64,000 bases of DNA from Hydrolagus colliei (GCA_035084275.1 CM068762.1:3348001-3412000), one strand, 5' to 3'. Counted from the stretch's first letter, positions 24,161 through 37,417 are shown. Made by a program: numbers and translations. The notes: a model not told the origin generated them from the sequence alone.

Positions 24161-26826
24161 TATAGTTTCCGTCCGGAAGACTGCTCCCGGCAGGAGTCCA
24201 GACCCTAACCCACTCCCACTGTGTGTGAAAAACATTCTGTAAACTCCCTGTTTGCATCTCCCAATTTACCCATTCACTATAATAATAATAATCATAATCC
24301 TTGATATAGCGCCTTATCACGTCTTCGAATCGTCTCTAAGAGATGTGCTTTGAATTGATTATATATTTTGTGGGCGAAACTCAGCAGCCAATTGTGTCTG
24401 ACACTGACCCACAAACAGCTGTGGATTGATTAACCAAAGTATTATTATTATTTTTGATGGGATTATTACCCCAGGAAAGCGATCGACCAACAACCAGGTT
24501 CCTATTCACTGCTGGGTAAACGGAGGTGTGTGGAGTCAGGAAACTTATTCCAACATATCGCCCTGCCCGGGAGTCAAACCCATGTCCGCTCACTTGCCAG
24601 TGTTCTAATCATTGAGCTGCAGGACTCCACATCCTCCTGTGTTATCTCTGATCACCACATAGGGCAAAGTACTCAGAGAGATTACAATGGAGCTCTCTCC
24701 TCCCAGGACTGAAGTGTCAGGTTGGACTGGGAGCTTGGTAGTCCCCAGGGTAGTTCAGGGCCAGGCTGCGAGGGCTTTGTCATGGGCTGATCCTATTTGC
24801 AGAGAGATAAGGAGGCAGCGAGGGCAAGGGTTGGGAGGAGGAGGGGTGCAGTGGGGTTGGAGTGTGAGTGTTGGGTGGCCTGCCTCAATAACAAGGCCCA
24901 AATCTTTTGCTTTCAGTTTCACACTTAACAAACAGCAGTGATAGAGTTTGTGTAACTAACCCTCCCTCCCCACAAGCCATAACTGGTTTATTTCCATAAC
25001 CTATAAACTTGTTTATGTAACCTGCCTGGTTGCACAATTGTTTTTTTCCTTTCAGCTCCTCCTCAAACTTTAGCAACGTCGGAAGTGAGAGCGGACTTGC
25101 CAGCTTTGCTCAGACCTCCAGCTTGCACTCCCCCACCCCCACCCCCACCCTCGAGCCTACCCCACCAGTCTGGTTTCCGTCAATCAATCAAAACTTACAT
25201 TTATATAGCGCCTTTCACGCCTCTTTCTCCCTTTTCCTCCCTCTTGTTTTTCTTCACCCCTACCCTCTATATCCTCTTCCCTTCCTTTCCCCTCCCTCTC
25301 CATCCCCTTTCTTCCCGTTTTTCTTCCCTCCCCCTCTTCTCCCTCTTCCTTCCCTCTGCTCCCTTTTCCCCCATTTTTTTCCCTCACCCCCTTTCCACCC
25401 CTTACCCCCCTTTCTCCCTGATGTTAACCCCCCCACGTTTCCCTCCCTCTTCCCCCTTACCCCCTTTCTCCTCCCTTTTCCTCCGTGACTTTACCCCACC
25501 CCATCTTTCCCTTCCTCTCCCCTCTTACCTCCTTTTCCATGTTTCTCCCCTAATCCCACATGACTGTTTGTGGGACACTGCTGTGTGCAATTTGGCTGCC
25601 GCATTTCACCCACAAATATACAGTCAATTTTTCCTACTCTCCTTCCCCCTGCCCGGACCCCTCTCTCACTGCTCTGGTCCCTATCTGACTGTACAGCACA
25701 CTGTCCAGGGGGAAAAGGGGGGAGGGAAAAAAATGGGAGAAAAGGGAGCAGAGGGAAGGAGCTTCCCACCTCCCCCAGCTCAGCTCCCACCTCCCTCAGC
25801 TCAGGTGCCCAGCCAACAGTGTCAAGCACTTCGGCACATCCATCCAATGTGAAAAAGGCGCTGTGTAAATGTTTTTGTTTAATAAGACTAATCCATGCAT
25901 TTGGTACAACGCCTTATCACATCTTCTAGATGTCTCAAGGAGCTTCACAGAATATACTGTAAAGTGAATTGACTATATATTTGTGGGCAAAACGCGGCAG
26001 CCAATTGCGCACATTGATGTCCCACAAACAGTCGCAGTACAGATGACCAAGTTATTAGTTTTTTTGAAGGAATTATGAGCCTGGAAAAGCGATCTGTCAA
26101 TCTACCAACAACCAGGTTCCTTCTACTGCCCCTACACTTTAGGCCTCCATCCCACACCTTGCTCCTTCCCTTGCCTCCTTCAAGGCCGGACTCAACACTC
26201 TCCTCATCGACCGTGTCCTCATCGACCGTGCCTTCAGTCGTTCTCCTACCTCTCTGCCCTCCCTCAGTGCAACCCTGCCCCCCATCACCACTTTGGTCCT
26301 GACCCCTGACTGTTCAGTGCCTTGGGAGGTCCTCTGACATGAAAGGGGCTCTACAAATGTAATTTTGTACCATAAGTTATATATTTGTGGGCGAAACTCA
26401 GCAGTCAATTGTGCACAGCAGTGTCCCACGAACAGTCATGGATTGAACTGACCAATTGATTTTTTCACTTCAACCCCTGACTGTTTGTGGGACACTGCTG
26501 TGCGTAATTGGCTGCCGCATTTCACCCACAAAATGTAGTCAATTCACTTTACAATTTTTGAAGCTCTTTGAGCCGTCGCAAAGACATTATAAGATGCTAT
26601 ATCAAATGCACGGATTGTTATACAGTATTATTATTGGTTGTGGCTGAGGGAGTTTCAGTCTGAACAGCCAACGTCTGTGACTGTGATCTGAAATCAGGGA
26701 TCAGGTTCCACTGTCGAGTTTGTGCCTAGAAGTTGCTGTTCTATTTACATTTTATATGGTTTAGTTTGCACAATATTTATTCAGTGTTGGCTTCAAAATT
26801 GCGTATTAATACACAATTTTACACAA

Positions 26827-26904
26827 TCTTAAGATTATATTATTAGCACCCTGATTCACGGTCAGGGGACCATGAATCAGGGTGCTAATAATATAATCTT
26901 AAGA
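26827..26904. repeat. 78-bp near-perfect palindrome
   Basis: 37-bp arms with one mismatch and a 4-nt loop. Confidence 0.9.
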
Positions 26905-29900
26905 GCATTAAGAGGATTCAATGCAGTCAGTGATCAAGTGCTTATCTAAGAACGCTGATCCAATTGGGAGCAATGTTTACGTGCATTATCTAACCCTGTG
27001 AGTTTAATTTTTTTAAATCCTTACACCTTGATACAGCGTTTTTCACGTCAGGAAAACTGGAGTGACTGTATTTTGTTGACAAACTCGGCAGTCAATTTGT
27101 ACACCGTAGCTTGGCTTCTTACTTAACCCTCTACTGTCCTTTCTACCCCATATCTGGGCCGTGATCCGCTCAGCCTTCCCCCACCTAAAATATATCATAA
27201 TTTCCTTAAGATTTATTAGAATAAATAATCAATTTATTATAATAAATAGTATAATAGTATCGCGACTTTTTGGTCACCAAGTATAAGATGAGTGGTTTGA
27301 TGTGACTCACCATTCGCGCATCCAGACACGAGACTCCTAGAGTAGGGTCTGCAGGTGATGAGATCAGTCTCAAAGTTCAAAAGTGAGCCTGGAGCTCAGA
27401 TTATTGTGAGTCAACTTTGTAACACTTGAGTGACAGGCAGTCCTGGGACTGTGATCTGTGACCTTCTGATTCATGTTGAAATTTTAGTGTCTGCACTTAG
27501 TCAGTGATCGTAACCTTGTTGGTAAAAATACCAAACGACATTTCTGCAACCCTTGATCTTCCCATGTTCACCACAGAGACTGAGGCTCCCGTTCCCTCTC
27601 CTGATGGGTCGACTTCAGGCTCTTCATCTTCATCGATCAATCCTTTCACGTCTCCCTATCTCTCTGATCTCACCCCTCACTCCTCTGCTCGCCTGACCCA
27701 ACCACACCACAAAGTGACCGAGTCTTCAATCACTCCCTGGATCTATACCTCAGTCTCACACCCTCTCTAACTGTCTTGTTTCACCCCTTCCCAAACACTC
27801 CCCTCCCAGCTCGGGTCACACGCCTCTTGTTTAGCGCCTTGGGACGTCCTCCCGACGTGAAAGGCGCTATATAAATGTAAATTGTTGTTGTTGTTGTTGT
27901 TGTCTTTAAACCCCACCTTGAAACCTACCCCTTTGACCACCCCTGCCCCTCCACTCAGCATGCTCTGGCCTGCTCCACGACCCCGCCTGGCCCGCCCACC
28001 ATCAGAGAACAGCCTTTCAGCTACTTTGCCCCTCCCTTTGCAACTCCATCCCACATTCTCTTCATTTTGCTCTCTCCCTTGCATCCTTCAAGGCATGTTT
28101 CGGCAGTGAATTGACTGTATATTTGTGGGCAAAACGCGGCAACCAATTGCGTACAGCAGTGTCCCACAAACAGTTGTGGATTGGGTGACCAAATTGTTAA
28201 GCCTTACAAGCATGAGACCTGTGTTCGAATCCAGGCAGATCAAGGTGAAACCTTGGGCAAGTTTCCTTACTCCACACGCCTAATAATAATCTGTCCAAAA
28301 AAAACCACAATAACAAAAATTGTTCATTTTCAATCCACGACTGTTTGTGGGACACTGCTGTGCGCAATTGGCTGCTGCGTTTCGCCCACAAATATCTGTG
28401 AAGCACTTTGAGTTGTCGATAAGATGTGAAACACACTATATCAAATGCAAGGATTATTATTACATGCATTGTGTGAACGTGGAAATATCCCTGTGACAGG
28501 AATAGAATGCACCCTCTCTCTCTCTGGAGGATCTATCCCCAGAATTATCTATTCCCAGAGAGTGAGGTTTCAGTTGGCAAAAGGTTTGGGAAACCCAGAC
28601 TATGTTTTGGGGTAACTGCTAGAGTGAGACACTGTCTAGCCAAGCTTCCCGCTGCTTGTCCAGCCAGGAACTCTGTACCCATTCTGGCTTTATTTTTCAG
28701 GGTTAATAGTAGCTGAGTGGGAAGAATCCTCGTTCCCAGTTCCTCCTGGTGAGCCAGGGCTGGTTGGTCTGTCATCAACATCGCTGACAACACTAATGCT
28801 ATTTCTTGTCAAATCCTGCTTGGGTCCAGGTCAGGGGAAAATAAAGCTACTTTCTGTTGGAAAGTGGAGCAAAGGGACTGAGAGACAGACATTGTCTGGG
28901 AAACAGGAAATGACTCCAGCCTGTGCTGGGGGAGATATGGCCCTGAACTGACACTGAGTACAGTGGAAACCAAAACAGGAGATGAATTAATCAGGAGCCC
29001 AGTGGCTACAGTCCCCTACCTCACCACTCAGGTTTGGAAGTTGCTTGGAGTCATTTGTAATGATAATAATAATAATCCTTCCATTTGATATAGTGCCTTT
29101 CACGTCTTCCAGACATCTAAAAGTGCTTCACAGAATATGCAGTAAAGTTAATTGACTCTATATTTGTGGGCGAAACGTAGCAGCCAATTGCTCAAAGCAG
29201 TGTCCTACAAACAGTCGTGGATTGAAATGACAATTTAATTATTTTTTTGAGGGATTATTATTAGTAGGCATGTGAATGTGAATCCATATAAATTTAGCTC
29301 TCACTATATCTATACTAGCGCTCCCCCCCCCACCCCCCCCCCCCACTGGAGCTCTCTAACCCCATTCCCTGCTCTCTCCCCATCTTGTCTGTGCTGGTGC
29401 GCGCTCCCCCACTACAGCTCTCGACTCCAATCTGCTGCCCCTCAGGACATAGCCTGCTGCCGAGGTGATCTTGTGATAAGGTAATGGCCAGATCTTGAGA
29501 TTTCCCCCAACAGATTGCGGTGACCAAAACCCGGCTGGCCATGAGCTGTGGAATGTTAATTCAACAATCCAGACAGCAATGATCACGGTGTTGTAGATCG
29601 AGGGTGGAGCGTGGGGTGGGGGGCTAATATCAGGGTTGTGGGGAGGACGGGGAGGGTTTGTGGAGGTGGTGGGTGGGAGAGGGAGGTAGTGGGGGAGAGT
29701 TGATCAAATGGAATTTGGTAAGAGCTTACAAGAAAGCAAACAAATGGAAACCGAATCTGGTTTGTTTTTATTTTCTACTTTAAATCTTTCTGATTCAGAA
29801 GTACAACATGTTACCAACATTATGGTAAATGTAGCCCTTCTGTTTGTGTCAAAGTACAGGTACTACAGAAAGATAGTGTGAGAGAGCGTTTTAGTGCTGA

Positions 29901-29934
29901 CCAGAGAGAGAGAATGGATTTAAGAGGGTTTTTA

Positions 29935-30215
29935 ATAATAAATAATCCTTGCATTTGCCATCGCAGTTTTCACATTTCCTAAACATCTCAAAGCGCTTCA
30001 CAAATTATACTGTAAAGTGAATCGACTGTATATTTGTATATATCGTGGCAGCAGTGTCCCACAAACGGTCGTGGATTGAAGTGACCTATTTATTATTGTT
30101 ATTTTTCCTTGAGGGATTATTATCATTCATGTGGAGTAAGGAAACGTAGGTGCCCAAGGTGCCAGGAATGAACCCTCTCACTTGCGAGGGGAGTGCTCTA
30201 ACCATTGAGCTACAG
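29935..30215 (-). mobile_element. tRNA/Deu SINE
   Basis: Reverse complement of the family consensus. Confidence 0.75.
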
Positions 30216-33200
30216 GATTAGTTTTGGAAAGAGTGGTCAAAGAAGGTCAGTTTGAGAGAGTTTCAGAGAAAACATGAAATAAAGCTTTGCCCAACGAAAG
30301 CGTAATAATAATCCTTGCATTTTGACATAATGCCTTATTATGTGCTTGAGACGTCTCAAAGTGCTTCACAGAATATACTGTAAAGTGGAGTGACTTGTGT
30401 TTCAAATCCAGGCAGGTCAGGGCGAAACCTTGGGCAAGTTTCCTTATTCCACACGCCTAATAATAATCCATCAAAAAGAATCTATAATAAATTGGTCATT
30501 TTCATTCCACGACTGTCTGTGGGGACGCTGCTGTGCACATTTGGCTGCCGTGTTTTGCCCACAAATATACAGTCAATTCACTTTACAGTATATTCTGTGA
30601 AGCGCTTTGAGACGTCTAGAAGATGTGAAAAGCGCTATATCAAATGCAAGGATTATTATTATTACTGTATTATTTTGTGGGCGAAATGATAGGAGGAACA
30701 AAGGGAGTGACTGGGAAATGAGCTGTGCGCCAGGGGTGGAGGAGGAAGGAAGCGCTGGTGTGTGGGTGAGATACAGGGGCCTGTGGGTGGGATACAGGGA
30801 CCTGTGATGTGTTGGTGAGCGGGGGGATGGGCTTGAGGCACTGAGCTGAAGTCAGCCATTAGTGCTGCTGGTGGCACAGAGATCAGCAAAGCCTATTCAC
30901 CATTACATGGAGTACAGTAATTACTTTAATGTTGCATTTCCTTGTCTCTGTGCTGTATTACATCCTGTTTATGTTCCACCCTGAGGTTAGTTGGGGCTGT
31001 ATCTGATTCACGAGTTGAGGAAACCTCCTTCAATTTATTGTCTTTATTTGGGAATAGTTTAATCTGTGCTCAGAGGGTAAATCCCACCAGTGATTCAGTA
31101 AAAACCCTATAATATAATAATATAATGAAGCAGGTCAAAGCTTCAGGGTGGTGATTTTTTATTAATAATCTCTGCGTTTGATATAGCGCCTTATCATTTC
31201 TTCTAGACTTCTCAAAACACTTTGCGGAATATACTATAACGTGAATTGACTATTTTTGGGGTGAAACTCGGCAGCCAATTGCGCACAGCAATATCCCTCA
31301 CACAGTTTTTTTTTAAAAAAGGGAATATTACTCCCAAAAAGCGATACGTCAAAAACCAGGTTCCTACTTATTGCTCGATAAACAGGCATATGAAGTAAGG
31401 AAACTTGCCTTATAATCCCTTGAAAAAAACCTACAATAAATTGGTCATTTTCAATCTACAACCGTGTGTGGAACACTGCTGTGCACAATGTTGCCAAACC
31501 CGGGAATCGAACCCGTGTTCTCTCATTTGCGAGGTGAGCGCTCTAACCACCACCTTATAGGACTCCACTCTGCCTCCGAGGCAGAAGTTTGTTCGAATCC
31601 CACATCGGAACTTGAACTCACAGTCTAAACTGAGGCTCTGATCAGTGCTTGCTGCTTTGTCAGAGTTGCCATCCTTTGGATGGTGCATTAAACTGAAGTC
31701 CGGTCTGCCTATTCAGGTGGACATTAAGGATCCCAATGGCGGTGTCTCCTGGTGTCACTACACATTACACATTACTGAAATTTCTCTTCGAGACATTTTG
31801 ATATTTCAGCCCTATATAAATGTTACACAATGCTTCACAGGTAATTGCTATCCGGTGTAGTGACTGACCATAATAATCCTTGCATTTGTTTGTTGGGTGT
31901 CAGTCGGGTTTCTGACACTCGCGGAAACCCATCCCCATGCTGAAGATTATCCAAAGAGATAGATTATTGGAATGGAATGCGCACTCTCTCCGCTCACCTA
32001 ATTACAGAAAGTATTACAACACAAGTTGACAAGAGCCAAAGCTTGGGGTCCCCAGAGTGTGCGTTGGGGTAACTGCTCAAACCACATTGCTTGTTATTGA
32101 TATTGGTGTCTGGCAAGCTTTCTCACTGCTTTATCAGTTAGGAGCATCCAACCCTACATGTGGCTTCCAGGGTAACAGGAGCTGAGTGAGATGATTCCCT
32201 GCCCCTCAAATGCCCCTCCGTATCCTGCTGATGAGCCAGGCTGGGCTGGGCTGGGATACTGAGGATCGCCACCAGAAGCGAAATAGAGACAGGCGTAGAG
32301 GGCTGGCTCGATTCCAACATTCCATGTCCAGGCATGTCACCTTGAAGCCAGTTCTCTGAGGAGACCTGACTTACCTTCCCCCCCCCCCCAAGGAGGATAG
32401 ATGTCCAACAAGCGTGAGTTTGAGCCCTCGCCAGGCGGATGGTGGGTCACAATCTTCCTGGTGGGCAGGCAACACAGCTCAGCATGAAACGCAGTGAGAG
32501 CCTCGCCAACATGTCCCTGTCTGTACCGGGGGCACACATCCCTTCCCATTGAGCGCTGGTTCCACCAGTCGGAGGTGCGGAGTCTACGCGGCGGCCTCTC
32601 TGCAGGCCGGTCAAGGTTGATTCCAGATGCTGGTGTACGAACGTGTGTCCACAATCCCAGGCTCCAGGTAACGCCTTCCAGCAGCCGTCACCCCAAGCCC
32701 TGAGAGAGAACATAACTAGGATTACGGTGGGGGTAGAGCCTCGTCAGGTTATTTATTATTGCTGTGACCCGGTTGAAGGCAAGTTCCTGCAGTTGTACGC
32801 AATCTCACAAATTTGTAGACGCCAGCGATGCCGGGGCTAAAACCTGAGTGAAAATTCTGGGCGCGAAGACAGGAGAGAGGAGGCGGAGGAGGGTTAAACC
32901 TGGTTGAAGGGATAGACCGCTGGGGGGGGGGGGTGGGTGGGGGTGCTGGAAGGGTTAAATCTGTCTGTTTCCAAAGGTCTGTCCCCTCCCCTCTCCCTCC
33001 CCACTTCCTCCCCTCCACCCTCACTCTCCCCTCCCCTCTTCCTCCCCCCTCCAATCTCTCTCCCCCCCCCCCCCCCCCCCCCACCACCACCTTTCCATGC
33101 CCTCAGTGCCGAGCGGATTGACTCAGTAATTCCTGCTAATTACACATGTTGTGGGCTGACCCACTGCAGTCGCCTGTTTGCCCAGGACTGGCTGAGAGCC

Positions 33201-34284
33201 CGGCTGTGTCTCAGTACAGCCATTTCCCCCACTGCACACACAGCATCGCTGCCTCTCCACTGCCCGGCCCGCAGCCTCCCAGAGACGCCGCGCTCTCCTG
33301 CTCATCACTGGAGCACAGATCAGCACCTGTCACTGTCCACACACACACACAGACACGGCTGCCTGTCCCTAGTCTGGACACTGACTCAGTCTTGTTGTAC
33401 AGTAACATTGCTTCCTCCCTCTGGTGAGTACCCAATGCTAGCCCACACTGCCCGGTCAGTGTAGGAGGGCAATCCATGTGTTTTCTTATTTAACCAGTTC
33501 TTTCCCTGAAGAGCAATTTGTTCGCAAGCCTTGTGTGTGTGTGTGTGTGTGTGTGTGAATGTCTACATCTGTGTGTGTTTCTGTCTGTGTCTGTGTGAAT
33601 GTTGGAATGTATGTGAATGTCTCTGTGTGAGTGAGAATGTCTGCGTCAGTGTGCCTGTGTGTGTGAGTGAGTGAGTGGGTAAGTGAGTGTGTTTAATGAC
33701 TGCTGGTCAGACTGCTGTTTGATGAGGAATTCTGTCAGTTGCAAGGTTAATGTCCTGATGCAATGCAGTAGCAGTGAATTGACAGGGTGGTGTGGTGCTG
33801 TGTATAGAGTGCCCAAGAGTTTGCCTAGAGACACCCAACCTCAGCCCTGCCCTGTCTATTCTAGTCCGGTGGTGTGGGAGTGAGCTGTACACAGAGTGAG
33901 TGAGGGAGGGAGGGTGGGTAGGGTGGCAGGCTCTCCTGGCTGCTTGCCCGGCTCTGGCTCTCTGTGTCCTCCATAGAATGAGGACGAGGAGGACGAGAAA
34001 GTAGCGTCTTCACCAAACATCTCTGCATTTCATACTTCAGGACTATTTGTGTAGAACCCCCATCAATGCCTCAAACCTCAAGTCGCTTGGATGCTGAAAC
34101 ACTGGGAATGGCGGAATGCTGATCCCCAAAAGGCTGGGATGAGCTGCTGACAGCCGCTGGAACAGCTGAATGTATGGATCACTTTCCTGACGCACTTTTG
34201 TTTAGTTCAGCCGGGTGTCCGACATGTGCAGTATCCAAACCAAGCTCGGTTTCCAATGCGTTCCACCTACACACGGAAATACCA

Positions 34285-34535
34285 GAGATAGATTGCGGGA
34301 AAGGAATGCGCACTGTCTCCCTGGTGGGACACATCCTGTTTAAATAATTCCGGAAAGTATTAGACGTAAGTGCCAAGGCTTGGGGACCCCAGAGTGTGCG
34401 TTGGGGGGGGAGGGTAACTGCTGGAGTCGAACCAGCGAATACCACACAGATTGCCATTGATATTGCTGTCTGACAAGCTTTCCCACTGCTTGGAACACTC
34501 CACCCTACACACGGCTTGCAGGGTTAACAGGAGCT
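34285..34535 (+). repeat. Unclassified interspersed repeat, exemplar copy
   Basis: CCAGAGATAGATT...GGAATGCGCACT...AAGCTTTCCCACTGC...GGGTTAACAGGAGCTG recurs near 5170-5330(-), 28540-28790, 31950-32270, 40575-40665 and 42765-42930. Confidence 0.7.
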
Positions 34536-34817
34536 GTGATAATCTTTTTATTTATTATATTATAGATTGTTATTACACGATTATAATCTTTTCATTTGAT
34601 ACAGGGTCTTATCGGGTCACCAGTAATTGTCGTCAAGTGTAGTAATAATAAGAATAACCCTTGCATAGCGCTTTTCATATCTTCTAAATGTCTCAAAACG
34701 CTTCGCAGAATATACTGTAAAGCGAATTGATTGTATATTTGTGGGCGAATCCCCCGCAATGTAGTGACTGTGTATTGTGTCGGCTCACGTGACAAGCACA
34801 GCAACGACACACACACA

Positions 34818-34854
<37 letters not shown>

Positions 34855-35654
34855 CGTTAAAGTGAGAGACCAATTCTATCTGGAGGATGGTTGGCCAGAA
34901 CACTGGGAGATAGAAACTCCCTCCTCTTTTTTTGCTGAGCGTTGCAGGGTCTTCAACCTCCACCTCAGCGGAGAGACAACACCGCACAGCATCTCCCCCC
35001 CCAGCGCTACGCCTGCAGCGTCAGCACAAACTGCGAGCTCAACGCCCCGAGGTGGGGCTGGGATAAAAACGGTCATTCAATTGACGAATGCTGGTGTGTG
35101 CAACCGGCTGCCTCGTTTCGCCCACAAAATGTACGGTCAAAAACCACAGCCACAAAATGACGTTATTACAGACTATTCTGTGAAGTGCTTCAAGACTTCC
35201 CAACGATGTGACAAGGCGCTACATCAAATGCAAGGATTGTTATTGTATTATTATGACTCAGTAGCGAGAGCGTCAGTGACTTTGAGGCTGCCTCAGAAAC
35301 TGCTCATCCATCGCACCCTGTCAGCCAACAAGCCAATGCCATGTATTTGATCATATGTCACATGGATGTAACCAGCCGTGTTGTAGCTGTAGCCTGGTAT
35401 CCAGTGCTGGTGCTGGAGCCTCGGGTGGGGGATGGGGGGATGGGGGGATGCGGGGGGGGCGGGTGTGACACGCTGGTGAGGACTGGGGAGCGCGGCTGCT
35501 CAAGGTCAGTCAGATAGAAAGGAGAGGATTTGGGAGTTTGCAAACTTCGGCTCAGGGTGATTAGTGCTGCCCACTGAGTGTGAGCTCGGTCTCCAACACT
35601 TCCTGTGGGAGCTCGGTCAGCCTGGAGACACTGCAGAGCAGTGCACAGCCTGGC

Positions 35655-35820
35655 AGTCAGTGTGTGTGGGTCAGTGTGTGTGGGTCAGTGTGTTGATCAG
35701 TGTGTGTGGGTCAATGTATGTGTGCTGGTCAGTGTGTGGGTTAGTGTGTGTGTGGGTTAGTGTGTTGATCAGTGTGTGTGGGTCAGTGTGTGTGTGGGTT
35801 AGTGTGTTGATCAGTGTGTA
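35655..35820. repeat. GT-rich minisatellite (CAGTGTGTGTGGGT / GTTGAT variants)
   Basis: Visible tandem units. Confidence 0.8.
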
Positions 35821-37417
35821 TTGCCTCGATCCCATCCCCACTAACCTACTGCTCACCCAACTCCCCCTCCTCTGCCCACTGTTGGTTGATATCATCAACC
35901 AGTCCCTCTCCTCCGGATCAGTCCCTGCCCCCCTCAAAACTGCCGTCATCACCCCCCTCCTTAAAAACCCTCCCTAGATCCCTCAAACCGCCCTAGCTCA
36001 AAACAGCCCTTCCTCTCAAAAGCACTGGAACGCGTTGTTGCAAACCAACTCCGCACCCACCTCTCCTCCCACTCCCTCTTCAAACCCCTCCAGTCCGGTT
36101 TCCGCCCTGCCCACAGTACAGAGACTGCGCTTGTGAAAGTCACAAACGACGTCCTCTCTATCTGTGACCAGGGTTCCCTCTGCCTCCTTCTCCTGCTGGA
36201 CCTGTCGACTGCCTTTGACACAGTCGACCATGCCATCCTCCTCCACCGCCTGTCCTCCGCCATCCACCTCAGTGGGACCGCACTCGCCTGGTTCGAGTCC
36301 TACCTCACAAACCGCCAGCAGTACATCTCCACAAACGACTTTTCCTCCCACACTCACCCAGTTACCTGTGGGGTACCCCAGGGATCCATCCTTGGCCCCC
36401 TCCTCTTCCTCATCTACACGCTCCCACTTGGGGATGTGATCCGCAGACATGGGGCACACTTCCACATGTATGCGGATGACACCCAAGTCTATCTCTCCAC
36501 TTCACTTTGCGACCCCCAGTCCCCCGATGTTCTGTCAGCCGGCCTTTCAGACATCAGGGGCTGGATGAGCACAAATTTCTTGCAGCTGAATGTTGACAAG
36601 ACAGAGGCCATACTCCTTGGCTCTCATCAACATCTCCATTCCCATGGCTCTCACCTCCTCCACCTTCCCGGCCTGCCCCTAAAACTCTCCGAACCTGTGC
36701 GCAACCTTGGCATCAGGTTCGACCCCCAACTGTCCTTCCTCCCCCACATCCGGTCCCTCACCAGCACTGCCTTCTACCACCTCCGACGGATCGCCCGTCT
36801 CTGGCAATACCTCACCTTAAAAGCCGCTGAAACCTTGGTCCACGCCTTTGTCACCTCTTGGCTGGACTATTGCAACGCCCTCCTCACCGGTCTCCCTTCC
36901 ACCACAATCCACAAAATCCAGCTTATCCAGAACTCTGCCGCCCGCATACTCACCTGCTCTAAGCCTCGCTCCCCCATTACCCCAGTCCTTGCCAGACTTC
37001 ACTGGCTCCCTATCCCAGAGAGGATCGACTTCAAGATCCTCACCCTTGTTTTCAAATCCCTCCACTGCTCTGCACCCCCCTATCTCTCTGATCTCCTCTC
37101 ACCCCAACCCAGCACCCGCTGCCTTCGTTCCTCTGGGTCTGGCCTCCTCCATGTCCCCCGAGTCCTCCGCTCCACCCTCGGCGGCCGTGCCTTTAGCCAC
37201 TACGCCCCGAGGCTCTGGAACTCCCTTCCTCACTCGCTTCGCCTCGCCCCCTCTCTTCCCAGTTTCAGATCACAGTTGAAGACCTTTCTCTTCGACCGAG
37301 CTTTTGGTCACCTTCCTGCCCCTGCCCCTGGCTCGGTCCCGGGACCCGTAACTGTGAAGCGCTGTGAGACGCCTTCTGGCATGGAGTGCGCTATATAAAT
37401 CGAAGTTGTTGTTGTTA
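35821..37417 (+). mobile_element. 5'-truncated young L2 LINE with a 421-aa uninterrupted RT C-terminal ORF
   Basis: PQGSILGP and YADD motifs, stem-loop 3' end, (GTT)n tail; TTGATCAGTGTGT on both flanks. Confidence 0.9.

Noticed and set aside
25030-25852. Pro/Phe/Ser-rich ORFs following a strong acceptor at 25055
   Set aside because: Mostly polypyrimidine and SINE sequence, with no homology or downstream donor to support an exon
36133-37398. 421-aa ORF as a host gene
   Set aside because: It is the RT C-terminus of a 5'-truncated L2 LINE
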